Below are positions 48,406 to 56,803 of a DNA stretch of 64,000 bases, piece by piece. Location of the stretch: positions 7,847-71,846 of the IMG/VR virus record IMGVR_UViG_3300027965_000004, one strand, 5' to 3'. The notes under the pieces were generated by a model. The model was not told the origin of the DNA. It saw only the letters and a program-made list of their open reading frames with translations, and did no database searches. A program made the position numbers and the translations under genes. The stretch comes from a virus. The number at the start of each line of letters is the position of its first letter. Position 1 is the stretch's first letter.

Positions 48406-48600
48406 ATGATGGGGGCCAACGACGTGATAATTAACCCCGAAAAACCTCTCAAAATAAAGTGCGGCAACTGCGGCACGGAATTCTCCCTGACGCTCCATGC
48501 CGATCCGGAGTCCGGGGGGTGGAACCTGGACTATTGCCCGTTCTGCGGCGAAACCCCTGACCCGCAGGTCGAGCCGGACGTATACCCGATTCACAGGTAA
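48406..48600 (+). CDS. Zn-ribbon small protein
   Basis: CGNCG...YCPFCGE. Confidence 0.6.
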   Translation: MMGANDVIINPEKPLKIKCGNCGTEFSLTLHADPESGGWNLDYCPFCGETPDPQVEPDVYPIHR

Positions 48601-48641
48601 AATCGGCCGGGCGGCCTTCGGGTGGCCCGGCCGATTTTCTT
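48599..48641 (+). terminator. intrinsic (possibly bidirectional) terminator
   Basis: AAAATCGGCCGGGC..TTCG..GCCCGGCCGATTTT. Confidence 0.75.
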
Positions 48642-48669
48642 GCGCACCGCTCTTGCAACCAATTCTGCC

Positions 48670-48698
48670 TTGACAGTCTCCACTAGTTTCTATATACT
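48670..48698 (+). promoter_or_regulatory. strong sigma70 promoter
   Basis: TTGACA-N17-TATACT. Confidence 0.8.
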
Positions 48699-48722
48699 CT
48701 ATGGAAACCCTTTGGAGGCACC

Positions 48723-48929
48723 ATGCCAGAAAAAGAAACAAAGAGCAAACTGAGAGCCGACCACTTTATGGTCTGGCTAACCCTTCCCAAAGAGGTCCGA
48801 GGCGAACTCGGGTCGGCGGCCGGCGGCCTGGAAATGTCCATGAGTGAATTTTCGCGATTGGCCGTCCTGGAGGCCCTCCGCTTGGTCCGCACCGGCAAAA
48901 ACCCATTTAAGGCAAAGGGGAAAAAGTGA
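48723..48929 (+). CDS. ribbon-helix-helix-like regulator
   Basis: short strand plus MSMSEFSRLAV helix. Confidence 0.6.
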   Translation: MPEKETKSKLRADHFMVWLTLPKEVRGELGSAAGGLEMSMSEFSRLAVLEALRLVRTGKNPFKAKGKK

Positions 48930-49384
48930 CTGAGGCGAAAATTAAAAAGGCTGTTCGTGAACGCGCCAAGGGACGCTGTGAGCGTTGCGGTATGACCGAT
49001 GAGGAATGCTTGGATCTTACTGGCCGGCGATGTCACGTTCACCGGAAGGTTGAAGGCCCATACACCCTCGATGGCTGCGAGTTGCTTTGCATGAAATGCC
49101 ACCGCATTGCCCACGGCGCCAAAGAACATGCTGCCACCTATCAAAAGCTTCCGTCCCGACCGCCTACCAAGCAGGTCTGTTTATACTTGTCACAAGAGAC
49201 CTTGGACGATTTAGACATCATAGCCGAATGGTTGCACTTCACGACTGGGACAAAACCAACCAGAACACGGGCTCTTATTTACGCCATTCGCACGGCATTC
49301 GAGTCAGAAGTACCAAAAGACCAACGGGTTGCGTCCAGGGAAAAATTTCGAAAAATCTTAGCAAAAAAGCAAAAACCTGCTTGA
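48926..49384 (+). CDS. HNH-like domain plus C-terminal RHH-like protein
   Basis: CERCG...HVH...LCMKCH; QVCLYLSQETLDDLD. Confidence 0.7.
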   Translation: MTEAKIKKAVRERAKGRCERCGMTDEECLDLTGRRCHVHRKVEGPYTLDGCELLCMKCHRIAHGAKEHAATYQKLPSRPPTKQVCLYLSQETLDDLDIIAEWLHFTTGTKPTRTRALIYAIRTAFESEVPKDQRVASREKFRKILAKKQKPA

Positions 49385-49409
49385 CACTGGTATATAGACC
49401 CTATATACT
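49381..49409 (+). promoter_or_regulatory. strong sigma70 promoter with overlapping palindromic operator
   Basis: TTGACA-N17-TATACT; GTATATAG-acc-CTATATAC at 49390-49408. Confidence 0.8.
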
Positions 49410-49483
49410 AGATATAGATGAGTGGACGAGACATCCGAAACCGAAACCGGGGCCACGGCCCCACAACGAGGGAGGAAGGGACG

Positions 49484-49690
49484 ATGCAACACACACGACT
49501 GGACCGGCTGCACACGGAGTCGGGGGAGTATTTCGAGCACCTGACCGCGGACGGCGGCCACGCCGGCGGGGCGTCGGCCCGAGAGCTGGCCCAGGCCATA
49601 CTCGACGCCGGGTGCCCGATGAGGGATGACGACCTGGCTTACGTTCGGGCCGTCGCCGCCGGCGAGCGGGATGACGACGAGGCCGCGTAA
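49484..49690 (+). CDS. small acidic protein (array ORF1)
   Basis: repeat-borne RBS. Confidence 0.7.
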   Translation: MQHTRLDRLHTESGEYFEHLTADGGHAGGASARELAQAILDAGCPMRDDDLAYVRAVAAGERDDDEAA

Positions 49691-49703
49691 GGAGGAGGGG
49701 CGG

Positions 49704-49958
49704 ATGAGGCGCCGGAAAGTCTACTACTGCCCTCACTGCCGCACACGACTGCGGCCATTTTACGCCGTCCGGCTCCGCTGTGAGGGTTGCGGGGCCGTGC
49801 TCGAAAGGTCGGCCCGGGATACGTTCCCGTCCGGCGAGGAGTTTCTTCGGGCGGGGCGATCCCTGCCACGGGTTTTGGCGGACGGGCCGGCGGAAGGGGG
49901 GAAACGTCGCCGGGTGATCCGGAAGGGCGAGTTTCCCGGCCAGCACATCGAGGATTAG
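49704..49958 (+). CDS. Zn-ribbon protein (array ORF2)
   Basis: AAGGAGG RBS; CPHC..CEGC. Confidence 0.65.
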   Translation: MRRRKVYYCPHCRTRLRPFYAVRLRCEGCGAVLERSARDTFPSGEEFLRAGRSLPRVLADGPAEGGKRRRVIRKGEFPGQHIED

Positions 49959-50011
49959 GTCGTAACCGGGGTCACGGCCCCACAGTGCCGCGGAAGCGGC
50001 GGGAGGGGAAC

Positions 50012-50170
50012 ATGGATTACAAGGTCGGTGACACCGCCGCCGGTTACGCCGTGTGGCGGCCAACCGGCGGCTACGCGGAATTCCTCGGCTTGGATGAGGC
50101 CGAGGAAGCCGCCCGACTCCTGGAGTCGGGGGAGGCCAGAGAGGAAGACTACGTGTGGGTTGAGGAGTGA
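50012..50170 (+). CDS. small acidic protein (array ORF3)
   Basis: repeat-borne RBS. Confidence 0.7.
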   Translation: MDYKVGDTAAGYAVWRPTGGYAEFLGLDEAEEAARLLESGEAREEDYVWVEE

Positions 50171-50210
50171 TAACCGGGGCCGCGGCCCCACAACACGGGA
50201 GGAGATCAAT

Positions 50211-50495
50211 ATGACGGCTATCATCGTTACCAGTCAGTACGGCACCCTCTCCCGCGGCCGGCATTCGGCCCGGCAGGGCGGGGGCGACTCAGCCCGGTGG
50301 GCTGAGAAGAACTCCAAGGGCCAAATCGTTATCACGGAGCCGGGGGTGTGGCTGCTGCACTGCTCCGACGGCTTCAGCCGGTCGGCCCGGGCCGTCCTCA
50401 CAGTGGACGAGGACGGCGGCTGGGAGATGACCGGCGACACGAAGCGTTTTGACGTGATCGAGTCCGGCACGCCGGCCGACGGGATTGGCTCGTGA
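50211..50495 (+). CDS. small protein (array ORF4)
   Basis: repeat-borne RBS. Confidence 0.7.
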   Translation: MTAIIVTSQYGTLSRGRHSARQGGGDSARWAEKNSKGQIVITEPGVWLLHCSDGFSRSARAVLTVDEDGGWEMTGDTKRFDVIESGTPADGIGS

Positions 50496-50532
50496 GCCGC
50501 CGCCGTGCCGCGGCCCCACAACACGGGAGGGG

Positions 50533-50988
50533 ATGATGAAACTTACCGAGCAGGTAGCTGTGAGAGAGGGAGAAATGCAGACGATCACCGTTTACCGGAC
50601 GGTCGCCGAGGCGCGCAACGCGCTGGCTCTGGACACCGGGTTCGACCCGTTCCGCGTCGGCGGCTGGGGCCGATGCACCCGGGCCAAGCTTGCCGCGGCC
50701 GGCTACCCCGTGGACCCGAAGGAGTGGGAACGGCGGCGGCAGGGGCAGCGGGATCGGGAGCGACAGGGCAGGTGCCGCGAGTGCGGCGAGCCCGCCAGGG
50801 TGCAAACCTTCTGCGACGCTCACGGCGTCGGCAACTGTGGGCGATGCCCCACCGAGTACACCGGGCTGTGTCCCAGGCACACGCGCTACAGCCGCGAATG
50901 CAGCCGTGGCCACCGGTGGACGGCCACCGACGAAGAGGACGCCGCCAACGACCACCGGTGCCCGCAGTGCGGCGGGTACTGGGTGTAG
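50533..50988 (+). CDS. Cys-rich protein (array ORF5)
   Basis: repeat-borne RBS; several CxxC/CxxH. Confidence 0.7.
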   Translation: MMKLTEQVAVREGEMQTITVYRTVAEARNALALDTGFDPFRVGGWGRCTRAKLAAAGYPVDPKEWERRRQGQRDRERQGRCRECGEPARVQTFCDAHGVGNCGRCPTEYTGLCPRHTRYSRECSRGHRWTATDEEDAANDHRCPQCGGYWV

Positions 50989-51038
50989 TTCGGCCAACAC
51001 ACACCGGGGCCGAGGCCCCACGACGGAGGAGTGAGATC

Positions 51039-51338
51039 ATGGCGACACGAGCGGCGCGCGACGAGGTATACCTCGCCCGCGAAGGTGGGGAGATGCGGCG
51101 GTTCGACGTGGTGGATTCGCTGGACGAACGGGAACGCGACATGCTCCGCCGCGGCGAGGGGTACGCGGCGGTACGATACTCGTCGGACGTGCGGGGCATC
51201 TATGGCCGGGAGATCGTCTCCGTGCGCCCGACCCATCGGGGCGCGGCCATCATCGCCGGCCGGCAATACCAGTTTTACGCCCACGCCGACGTGATCCCCG
51301 CCGGCGAATTCGTCGCGGAAGGGACCGACCATGCGTGA
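51039..51338 (+). CDS. small protein (array ORF6)
   Basis: repeat-borne RBS. Confidence 0.7.
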   Translation: MATRAARDEVYLAREGGEMRRFDVVDSLDERERDMLRRGEGYAAVRYSSDVRGIYGREIVSVRPTHRGAAIIAGRQYQFYAHADVIPAGEFVAEGTDHA

Positions 51339-51639
51339 GCCTGTATTCTACCCCGTCTGGGTCGCGACGGGTGGCCACAAGGTGATCCGCCGCGGCCCCG
51401 ACGTGGCCACCCCGGGGAAGGCGACCAGCATCATCAAGGAGAAGCTGGCCAAGGGGTACGCCAGCCTGGGCGTGGTGGTGGAGGTCGAGGGCGACGGCTC
51501 ACGGCGGGTCCTGGAGACGTACATCTTTCCGCCGGCGGCGCAGAAAGTCGTCCGGCATTACGAGGACATCTTGGATAGCTTGGAGGAGCCCCAAGAGGCT
51601 CCCGAAGGGAGAGGAAAAAATGGGAACCTATACGATTGA
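51331..51639 (+). CDS. small protein (array ORF7)
   Basis: overlap-coupled. Confidence 0.65.
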   Translation: MREPVFYPVWVATGGHKVIRRGPDVATPGKATSIIKEKLAKGYASLGVVVEVEGDGSRRVLETYIFPPAAQKVVRHYEDILDSLEEPQEAPEGRGKNGNLYD

Positions 51640-51841
51640 TCTAGTCCACACCGTGGACGGTCAGCATGTGTTGACGGCCTACGACGCCGACGGGCCGGCG
51701 TACTCGCTGGTGGGCGGCGAACTCGCCGAGCCGGAGGACGGCGAGCGGCTGGAAAGCCTGGACGAGGTCCGGTGCGACCTCGCCGGGCTGCGTGCCCGGA
51801 TGCGCGAGCTGCTGTCAGACGGTATCGTTATCGAGGACTGA
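51620..51841 (+). CDS. small acidic protein (array ORF8)
   Basis: GAGGA RBS. Confidence 0.65.
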   Translation: MGTYTIDLVHTVDGQHVLTAYDADGPAYSLVGGELAEPEDGERLESLDEVRCDLAGLRARMRELLSDGIVIED

Positions 51842-51890
51842 CCACAGTGGAGCGCTTAGCACCACAGTGCCGCTTGCGCGGCGGGAGGGG

Positions 51891-52352
51891 ATGATGGCGA
51901 CGCAATTCGTGTCGATTAATGGAAGAACGAACTGGATGGACCTCGCCACACAGGAGTGTATCGCGGCCGGCATCGAGTTCCAGAGTCTTCGGTGGCAGTG
52001 GGTCGTTTCGAAGAGAAACGACGCTGATGGCGTCATTCTGGGGGCGAATCGACGGGCTAATGAAGTCGGGCGACTACGCTCGGCCGGCAAAATTAGTCGA
52101 GCTGAAATGCGCGCCGAGTTCGCAGCGTGCGAAGCCATGATTCGCGCCGAAATTCGGAGGCGAATCGCCGACGCCGCGGCTTTTGAAGCCGCCAGAGGCG
52201 CCGGTTTTGGCGCCTCTGGAAAAGGCGCAGCTCGAAGGGACTTCGATCGCGGTGAAACGGAGCGGTGTATCGTGGATAGCTATTGGGGGGAAGGAGCCTA
52301 CGATAGCGAATTCACCACAGACGCGATGATCGATCAGGCGATGGGGGGTTAA
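51891..52352 (+). CDS. hypothetical protein (array ORF9)
   Basis: type B repeat RBS; atypical codon usage. Confidence 0.65.
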   Translation: MMATQFVSINGRTNWMDLATQECIAAGIEFQSLRWQWVVSKRNDADGVILGANRRANEVGRLRSAGKISRAEMRAEFAACEAMIRAEIRRRIADAAAFEAARGAGFGASGKGAARRDFDRGETERCIVDSYWGEGAYDSEFTTDAMIDQAMGG

Positions 52353-52354
52353 AC

Positions 52355-52558
52355 ATGCCACGCACGAGCAGAGGTATCCATCGCCTGATCGGTGCCCGCC
52401 AGTCCCGCACCATCCCGCGCGGCACGAAATGCCATTTCTGCCAGCGCGCGGCCACGCACCGAATCTGGGGTGCGCTCCAGGGTGGCTTCGTGTGCGCGGA
52501 ACATGCGGAGCAAGGAAAGAAACTGGGATATGAGATCGTCCAGGGTGAGATTCGATAA
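52355..52558 (+). CDS. Zn-finger small protein (array ORF10)
   Basis: CHFC...CAEH. Confidence 0.6.
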   Translation: MPRTSRGIHRLIGARQSRTIPRGTKCHFCQRAATHRIWGALQGGFVCAEHAEQGKKLGYEIVQGEIR

Positions 52559-52586
52559 CCAGCGGCCGCTTCTGCGGCGGGAGGGG

Positions 52587-52814
52587 ATGATGGGTCTAAA
52601 ATTCACGCCGTCCTCAGATGGTGTTGACCGGGCATCGGTCCGTATCACCATCCGCTTAACTGCGGACGAGATCCGCGAATTGAAGCGTCAGGCCAAAGAA
52701 CACGGCTCCGACTGGCGCGCCCGCGTGCAGGGATTGGCCGCGCTCGGCATCGAGGAGGCGCTAATTGCTGAGGGGGGCGAGCTAGAACAGCACTACGGCC
52801 GTGGTGGCGGCTGA
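52587..52814 (+). CDS. small RHH-like protein (array ORF11)
   Basis: type B repeat RBS; ITIRLTADEIRELKRQA. Confidence 0.6.
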   Translation: MMGLKFTPSSDGVDRASVRITIRLTADEIRELKRQAKEHGSDWRARVQGLAALGIEEALIAEGGELEQHYGRGGG

Positions 52815-52865
52815 GGATAGCCGCATCTGGGACACCGGGGAGTCCTGCGGCGTGGCGGGCCGGGG

Positions 52866-53175
52866 ACTACCCGGAACTACCCACGAACCCCCCTGGCGGC
52901 TGATAAAATCTCGCAACGGCGCAAAGTTGGCGGGTAGGGCAACCTCGGAGGACCTGTGCCGGAACATCCGGAACGATCAGGGTTTAGCGGGGGTCTGGAG
53001 AGCAAGTTTGCTCTGCACGCCGCCGGCCGACTTTGCTAAGATGGCCCGGCGCTACTCATTTTCCCCGCGCCCGCTTCGGGCGCCGAACTCATTCACAAAA
53101 CCCAACTTGCGACCAATCAGGCGGCCGTGTCCGGCCCGCGCCGGACTATATTCATGGGTAGTTCTACCCACGAAT
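52866..53175. other. probable attP region with integrase arm-type repeats
   Basis: CTACCCGGAA 52867, CTACCCACGAA 52877 and 53164, inverted TTCATGGGTAG 53151; non-coding, upstream of int. Confidence 0.6.
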
Positions 53176-53242
53176 CCGTCTTGCCGGGCCGGCCCGGGGC
53201 GGGTAAGATCTGCCGGCATCACGCGCCAGGGAGGGCCCGAAC

Positions 53243-54574
53243 ATGCCGCGCAAGCGTTCCGGGGATATTCCACCGTTAAAGCCTCACAAGAGCGGGCAGG
53301 GCCGAGTGCGCTTCCGCGAGCCGTTCCGGGGCAAGACCGACCATTACCTGGGTAAGTGGGGCACGCGCGCGGAGCAGCCCGAGACCTGGGCCGCCTACGA
53401 CCGCCTGATCCGCGAGTGGCTGGCCGCCTCGCGCGGCACCCTGCCGGCCGCCCCCGCCCCGGGGCGCGTGAGCGTCAACCAGGTGCTGGCCCGGCACTGG
53501 CTCTACGTCACCAGCCGGCAGTCGCCCTACTGGAAGCTGGGCCGGCCGACCAGCCAGGTCGACCGCATCCGCCGCGCCCACGAGGAACTGTCGCGCCGCT
53601 TCGGCACGGTCCCCGCGGAGGAGATCGGCCCCAAGTCGCTCAAGGCGCTCCGCGCCGAACTGGTCATCCGGGAACACGACTGTCCGCGCTGCCGCGGGGC
53701 CGGGCAGATCACACTCCGGCGTCCGCCCGGCCGGCCGCGCAAGGGCACCCCGGCACGCCGGGCGGTCTGCCCTTCCTGCGCCGGGGCCGGGCGCAAACGC
53801 TGGAGTACGCGCTACGTCAACTGCCTCGTCGGCTGTCTCAAGACCGCCTTCGCCTGGGCCGCCGAGGAAGAGCTCATCCCGGGCGCCGTGGCGATGGGCC
53901 TGCGCGTCGTCAAGAACCTGCCCATGAGTCACCAGGAACGGCACCGCGTCAAACCCGTGCCCTGGGAGCAGGTCGAAGCCACGATCGCCCAGGCGCACCC
54001 CATCCTCCGGGACATGATCCTGGTCCAGTACTTGGCCGACATGCGGCCGCTGGAGGTCTGCGCCTTAAAACCCCGGCTGATCCTCGTGGACGGGCAGGTC
54101 ACCGGCGGGCCGTGCTTCCCCGGCCTGTGGGTCTACGAGGCCGATGAGCAGGGGAACAAGCTGCACCACAAGGGCAAGCCGCGCGTGGTGCTGTTCGGGG
54201 CCAAGGCGCAGGCGGTCCTGGAGCCCTACCTGAAAAGCCGCGGCCCCGACGATTACCTGTTCAGCCCCGCGGAGGCCCGCGCCGCCTGGATGCGCGCCGC
54301 CGGCCGCAAGGTCGAGCCGCCCGCCGACCGCGCGCCCGGGCCCTACTACACGACGGCGGCGTACCGGGCGGCCATCCACAACGCCTGCGCCCGCGCCGGC
54401 GTGCCGCCCTGGAACCCCAACCAGCTCCGCCACCTGCGCAACACCGAACTGCGCAAACAGTTCGGGCTGCCGGTGGCCTCCAGCCTGTCCGGCCACGAGT
54501 CCCTCGAAACCACGCTGATCTACGCGGAGGAGGACCTGGAGGCGGCCGCCGAGGCGGTGCGGCGGATCGGCTGA
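53243..54574 (+). CDS. int: tyrosine integrase (planctomycete type) with Zn-finger insertion
   Basis: DHYLGKWG, MRPLEV, NQLRH, GH, IYAE. Confidence 0.9.
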   Translation: MPRKRSGDIPPLKPHKSGQGRVRFREPFRGKTDHYLGKWGTRAEQPETWAAYDRLIREWLAASRGTLPAAPAPGRVSVNQVLARHWLYVTSRQSPYWKLGRPTSQVDRIRRAHEELSRRFGTVPAEEIGPKSLKALRAELVIREHDCPRCRGAGQITLRRPPGRPRKGTPARRAVCPSCAGAGRKRWSTRYVNCLVGCLKTAFAWAAEEELIPGAVAMGLRVVKNLPMSHQERHRVKPVPWEQVEATIAQAHPILRDMILVQYLADMRPLEVCALKPRLILVDGQVTGGPCFPGLWVYEADEQGNKLHHKGKPRVVLFGAKAQAVLEPYLKSRGPDDYLFSPAEARAAWMRAAGRKVEPPADRAPGPYYTTAAYRAAIHNACARAGVPPWNPNQLRHLRNTELRKQFGLPVASSLSGHESLETTLIYAEEDLEAAAEAVRRIG

Positions 54575-54834
54575 TCCGGGTCCATTGCTGAGAGAATAAT
54601 GAAAGATCGTGGCGGGGGTAAGAAATCCGGGCAACTTCATCTTGCTTTTTCCGATGAAAACAGTCAGACTCTCGGCTGTTCAATCGGGAAAAATCAAAAG
54701 GGTGGCCCCCAACTTCGGGCCACCCTTAGCCCTCCCCTGGACGGTTCCGGATGAACCGATCCGCTCCAGACCGGCGCGGGTAATCCGCCCCGCGCCGGGG
54801 GCAGAAATCATTGTCGATTTCTGTAGGGTAGCCC

Positions 54835-55323
54835 ATGCCCGACTTACCGGCCCCCGCCAGCGGCGAACCCGACTGGCTCGCCAACGCGCGCGACCTGGTG
54901 ACTCGCTTTACTGGCCACCGCAAGGTGCCGGTGAAACTGACCATCCATCACGTCCCCGGCCAAGAGTTGCGCGTCAGCGTGTCCGTGGGCCTGGACGGGG
55001 GCGGCCTCGACCCGCCGGCCGGCGCCGGGGTTTACGGCACCAGCCCTTTCGAGGAACAGGTTATCCGCCTGTTCCTGGAGCAATCCGGCCCGCTCGACGA
55101 GATCCGCGAGGCCCTGGAAGACCCCGAAGCCGACGAATTTCACAGCTGCATCCTCCAGGGAAAAACCATCGCCAAGCATCTCGGGATGCCGCGGCCCGAT
55201 GGCACACTGCGCGCGCTGCTGCACAATATGTGCGAACGCCGGCCGCCGCTCCTGCGCTCCAGCCATTTGGGTTACCAACTCGTCATATCGAAAAGCCGCC
55301 TGAAAACTCTCTTGGAAGGGTGA
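54835..55323 (+). CDS. hypothetical protein with C-terminal wHTH-like region
   Basis: GKTIAKHLG...LRALLHNM...GY. Confidence 0.55.
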   Translation: MPDLPAPASGEPDWLANARDLVTRFTGHRKVPVKLTIHHVPGQELRVSVSVGLDGGGLDPPAGAGVYGTSPFEEQVIRLFLEQSGPLDEIREALEDPEADEFHSCILQGKTIAKHLGMPRPDGTLRALLHNMCERRPPLLRSSHLGYQLVISKSRLKTLLEG

Positions 55324-55518
55324 CACGGGGCTGTCGTAAACCCAAGGGGGGGGCGTTACGTCAAACCCCGGCTGGTGTTACGGCACGGGGCGCTACGACC
55401 GAAAAGTATTGCAATCCGACAACCCGCCGTGGCAGAATTCCGTGCGTCCTCTCGCACGGAAAGCACATCGACGCACGAACCCGAAGGAACATCTAGTAGG
55501 CGCGGTCAGGAGGGGAAC

Positions 55519-55879
55519 GATGATCGACCTCGACAGGGAAACCCTGCTCACCCCGGCCCAGGCGGTCCGCTACGTGCCCACCCGGCGCGGCGGGCGGAAG
55601 GTGTCGCGCATCACCGTCTGGAAGTGGATGGTCCACGGACACCGCGGCGTGTACCTCGACGGCCTGAAGCAGCCCGGGGGGTGGATGACGAGCAAGGAGG
55701 CGCTCCAGCGCTTTTTCGCGGCGCTGGCGGAAGCGGAACGCGAGCGGAAAAGGCCGCGGGAACGGGCCATGGCCGGGGCAGTCGCCGCACCCGCCCCGAT
55801 CGCGCTGGCGGCGGAAGAGGCGTGGGCTCAGACGGTGCTGGAGGGGGCCAAGAACTGGAGGCGGGCGCAAAAGGGGTAA
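55519..55879 (+). CDS. DUF1580 family protein (excisionase-like)
   Basis: IDLDRETLL...TVWKW..G..GVYL...GG.MTSKEALQRF. Confidence 0.8.
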
Positions 55880-55886
55880 ATCCCCC

Positions 55887-56108
55887 TTAATCATCCGAAT
55901 CTTCGCCGCGTATCTTCCGGCCCCGCCCTTCATACTCGGCGAGGTTTTCCAAGAGCATCATCCGGAGGAAGTTGCTCACATCGAGGCCCAGGGACTCGGC
56001 GGCCCCCTCCACGCGCCGGGCGATGGCCTGGGAGACCTTGAACGCCAGTTGCTTTTGGGGTTCGGTTTGATCGGTTTTCTTTTTGCCGCGCGGCATTACG
56101 GTTTTCAT
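55887..56108 (-). CDS. RHH-type repressor
   Basis: QLAFKVS...AAESLGLDVSNFLRMML; own divergent promoter. Confidence 0.7.
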   Translation of the reverse strand: MKTVMPRGKKKTDQTEPQKQLAFKVSQAIARRVEGAAESLGLDVSNFLRMMLLENLAEYEGRGRKIRGEDSDD

Positions 56109-56164
56109 CCCGGCCCGTCCTTTTTGGTCAACCCACGGTGAAGAGGATAACTCAAATGGCTCCA

Positions 56165-56270
56165 AGTGTAAACCCCGAAAAGCATTATGTCAACCCTTTT
56201 TCATCATCTACAACCCACAAAAAATTTTGGTTAGCTAGGATTGACAAAGCTAACCCATGGTGATTATACT
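56165..56270. promoter_or_regulatory. divergent promoter pair (genetic switch)
   Basis: minus TTGACA(56193-56188)-N17-TACACT; plus TTGACA(56241)-N18-TATACT; repeated AACCCA boxes. Confidence 0.75.
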
Positions 56271-56425
56271 TGGGTGGGTGGTGAGGAGTCAACCACTTTG
56301 GCAAGCGGGACACGAACGGGAACCCCGCGGGTAGCGTCAGCGGATGACGCGGCGCCGGGTGGTGCGGGTGGAGAACCCGGCCACCTGGCGTTTTTCCGAC
56401 CGACATATCGCGACGGAGGAATACC

Positions 56426-56692
56426 ATGAACGCACGAGACGCGCTGGCGGCAGAGGTGGACCGGGTGCTGATCGACGGCCTGCCGGCCGCGCTCACCGAC
56501 GCCTTCGCCGAGTGCCTGGTCGCCGGCTGCCCGGTCGAGGATTTCCTGACGGCGATCCGGATGTTGCTGGAGGATGCCACCGGCAAGGAGGCGTGGAAGT
56601 GCCCGACCTGGCACGCGGTCAACGCCTGGCTGGAGGCGTGGTTGCGGGAAGAGGAAGAGGCGGTAGAGGACACGAGTAGCGAGCCGTTCTGA
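56426..56692 (+). CDS. hypothetical acidic protein
   Basis: GGAGGA RBS. Confidence 0.65.
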   Translation: MNARDALAAEVDRVLIDGLPAALTDAFAECLVAGCPVEDFLTAIRMLLEDATGKEAWKCPTWHAVNAWLEAWLREEEEAVEDTSSEPF

Positions 56693-56705
56693 GAAACCGC
56701 CTGCG

Positions 56706-56780
56706 GCCGACAAGGAGAAGCGGAAACTCACCCTAGCCGTCAAGGCAGGGAAACAGCCGGTTCGAATCCGGCGGTCGGCA
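56706..56780 (+). tRNA. tRNA-like element / degenerate tRNA (identity unclear)
   Basis: acceptor GCCGAC/GTCGGC, D-arm GAG..GG..CTC, T-arm GCCGG-TTCGAAT-CCGGC; irregular anticodon arm. Confidence 0.55.
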
Positions 56781-56803
56781 ATGAGACCCGGCGCGAGAGT
56801 CCC

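Larger units (their letters stand above)
49445..52592 (+). repeat. seven dispersed intergenic hairpin+RBS repeats (49445, 49964, 50172, ~50503, 51003, 51861, ~52556)
   Basis: type A ACCGGGGCC-N3-GGCCCC-ACAAC-x-GGGAGG; type B GCCGC-N4-GCGGC-GGGAGGGG(ATGATG). Confidence 0.85.

Noticed and set aside
49445-52592. CRISPR array or classical integron
   Set aside because: Spacers are whole ORFs of 200-900 bp, no cas genes are present, the repeats lack attC RYYYAAC/GTTRRRY ends, and no IntI signature is seen.
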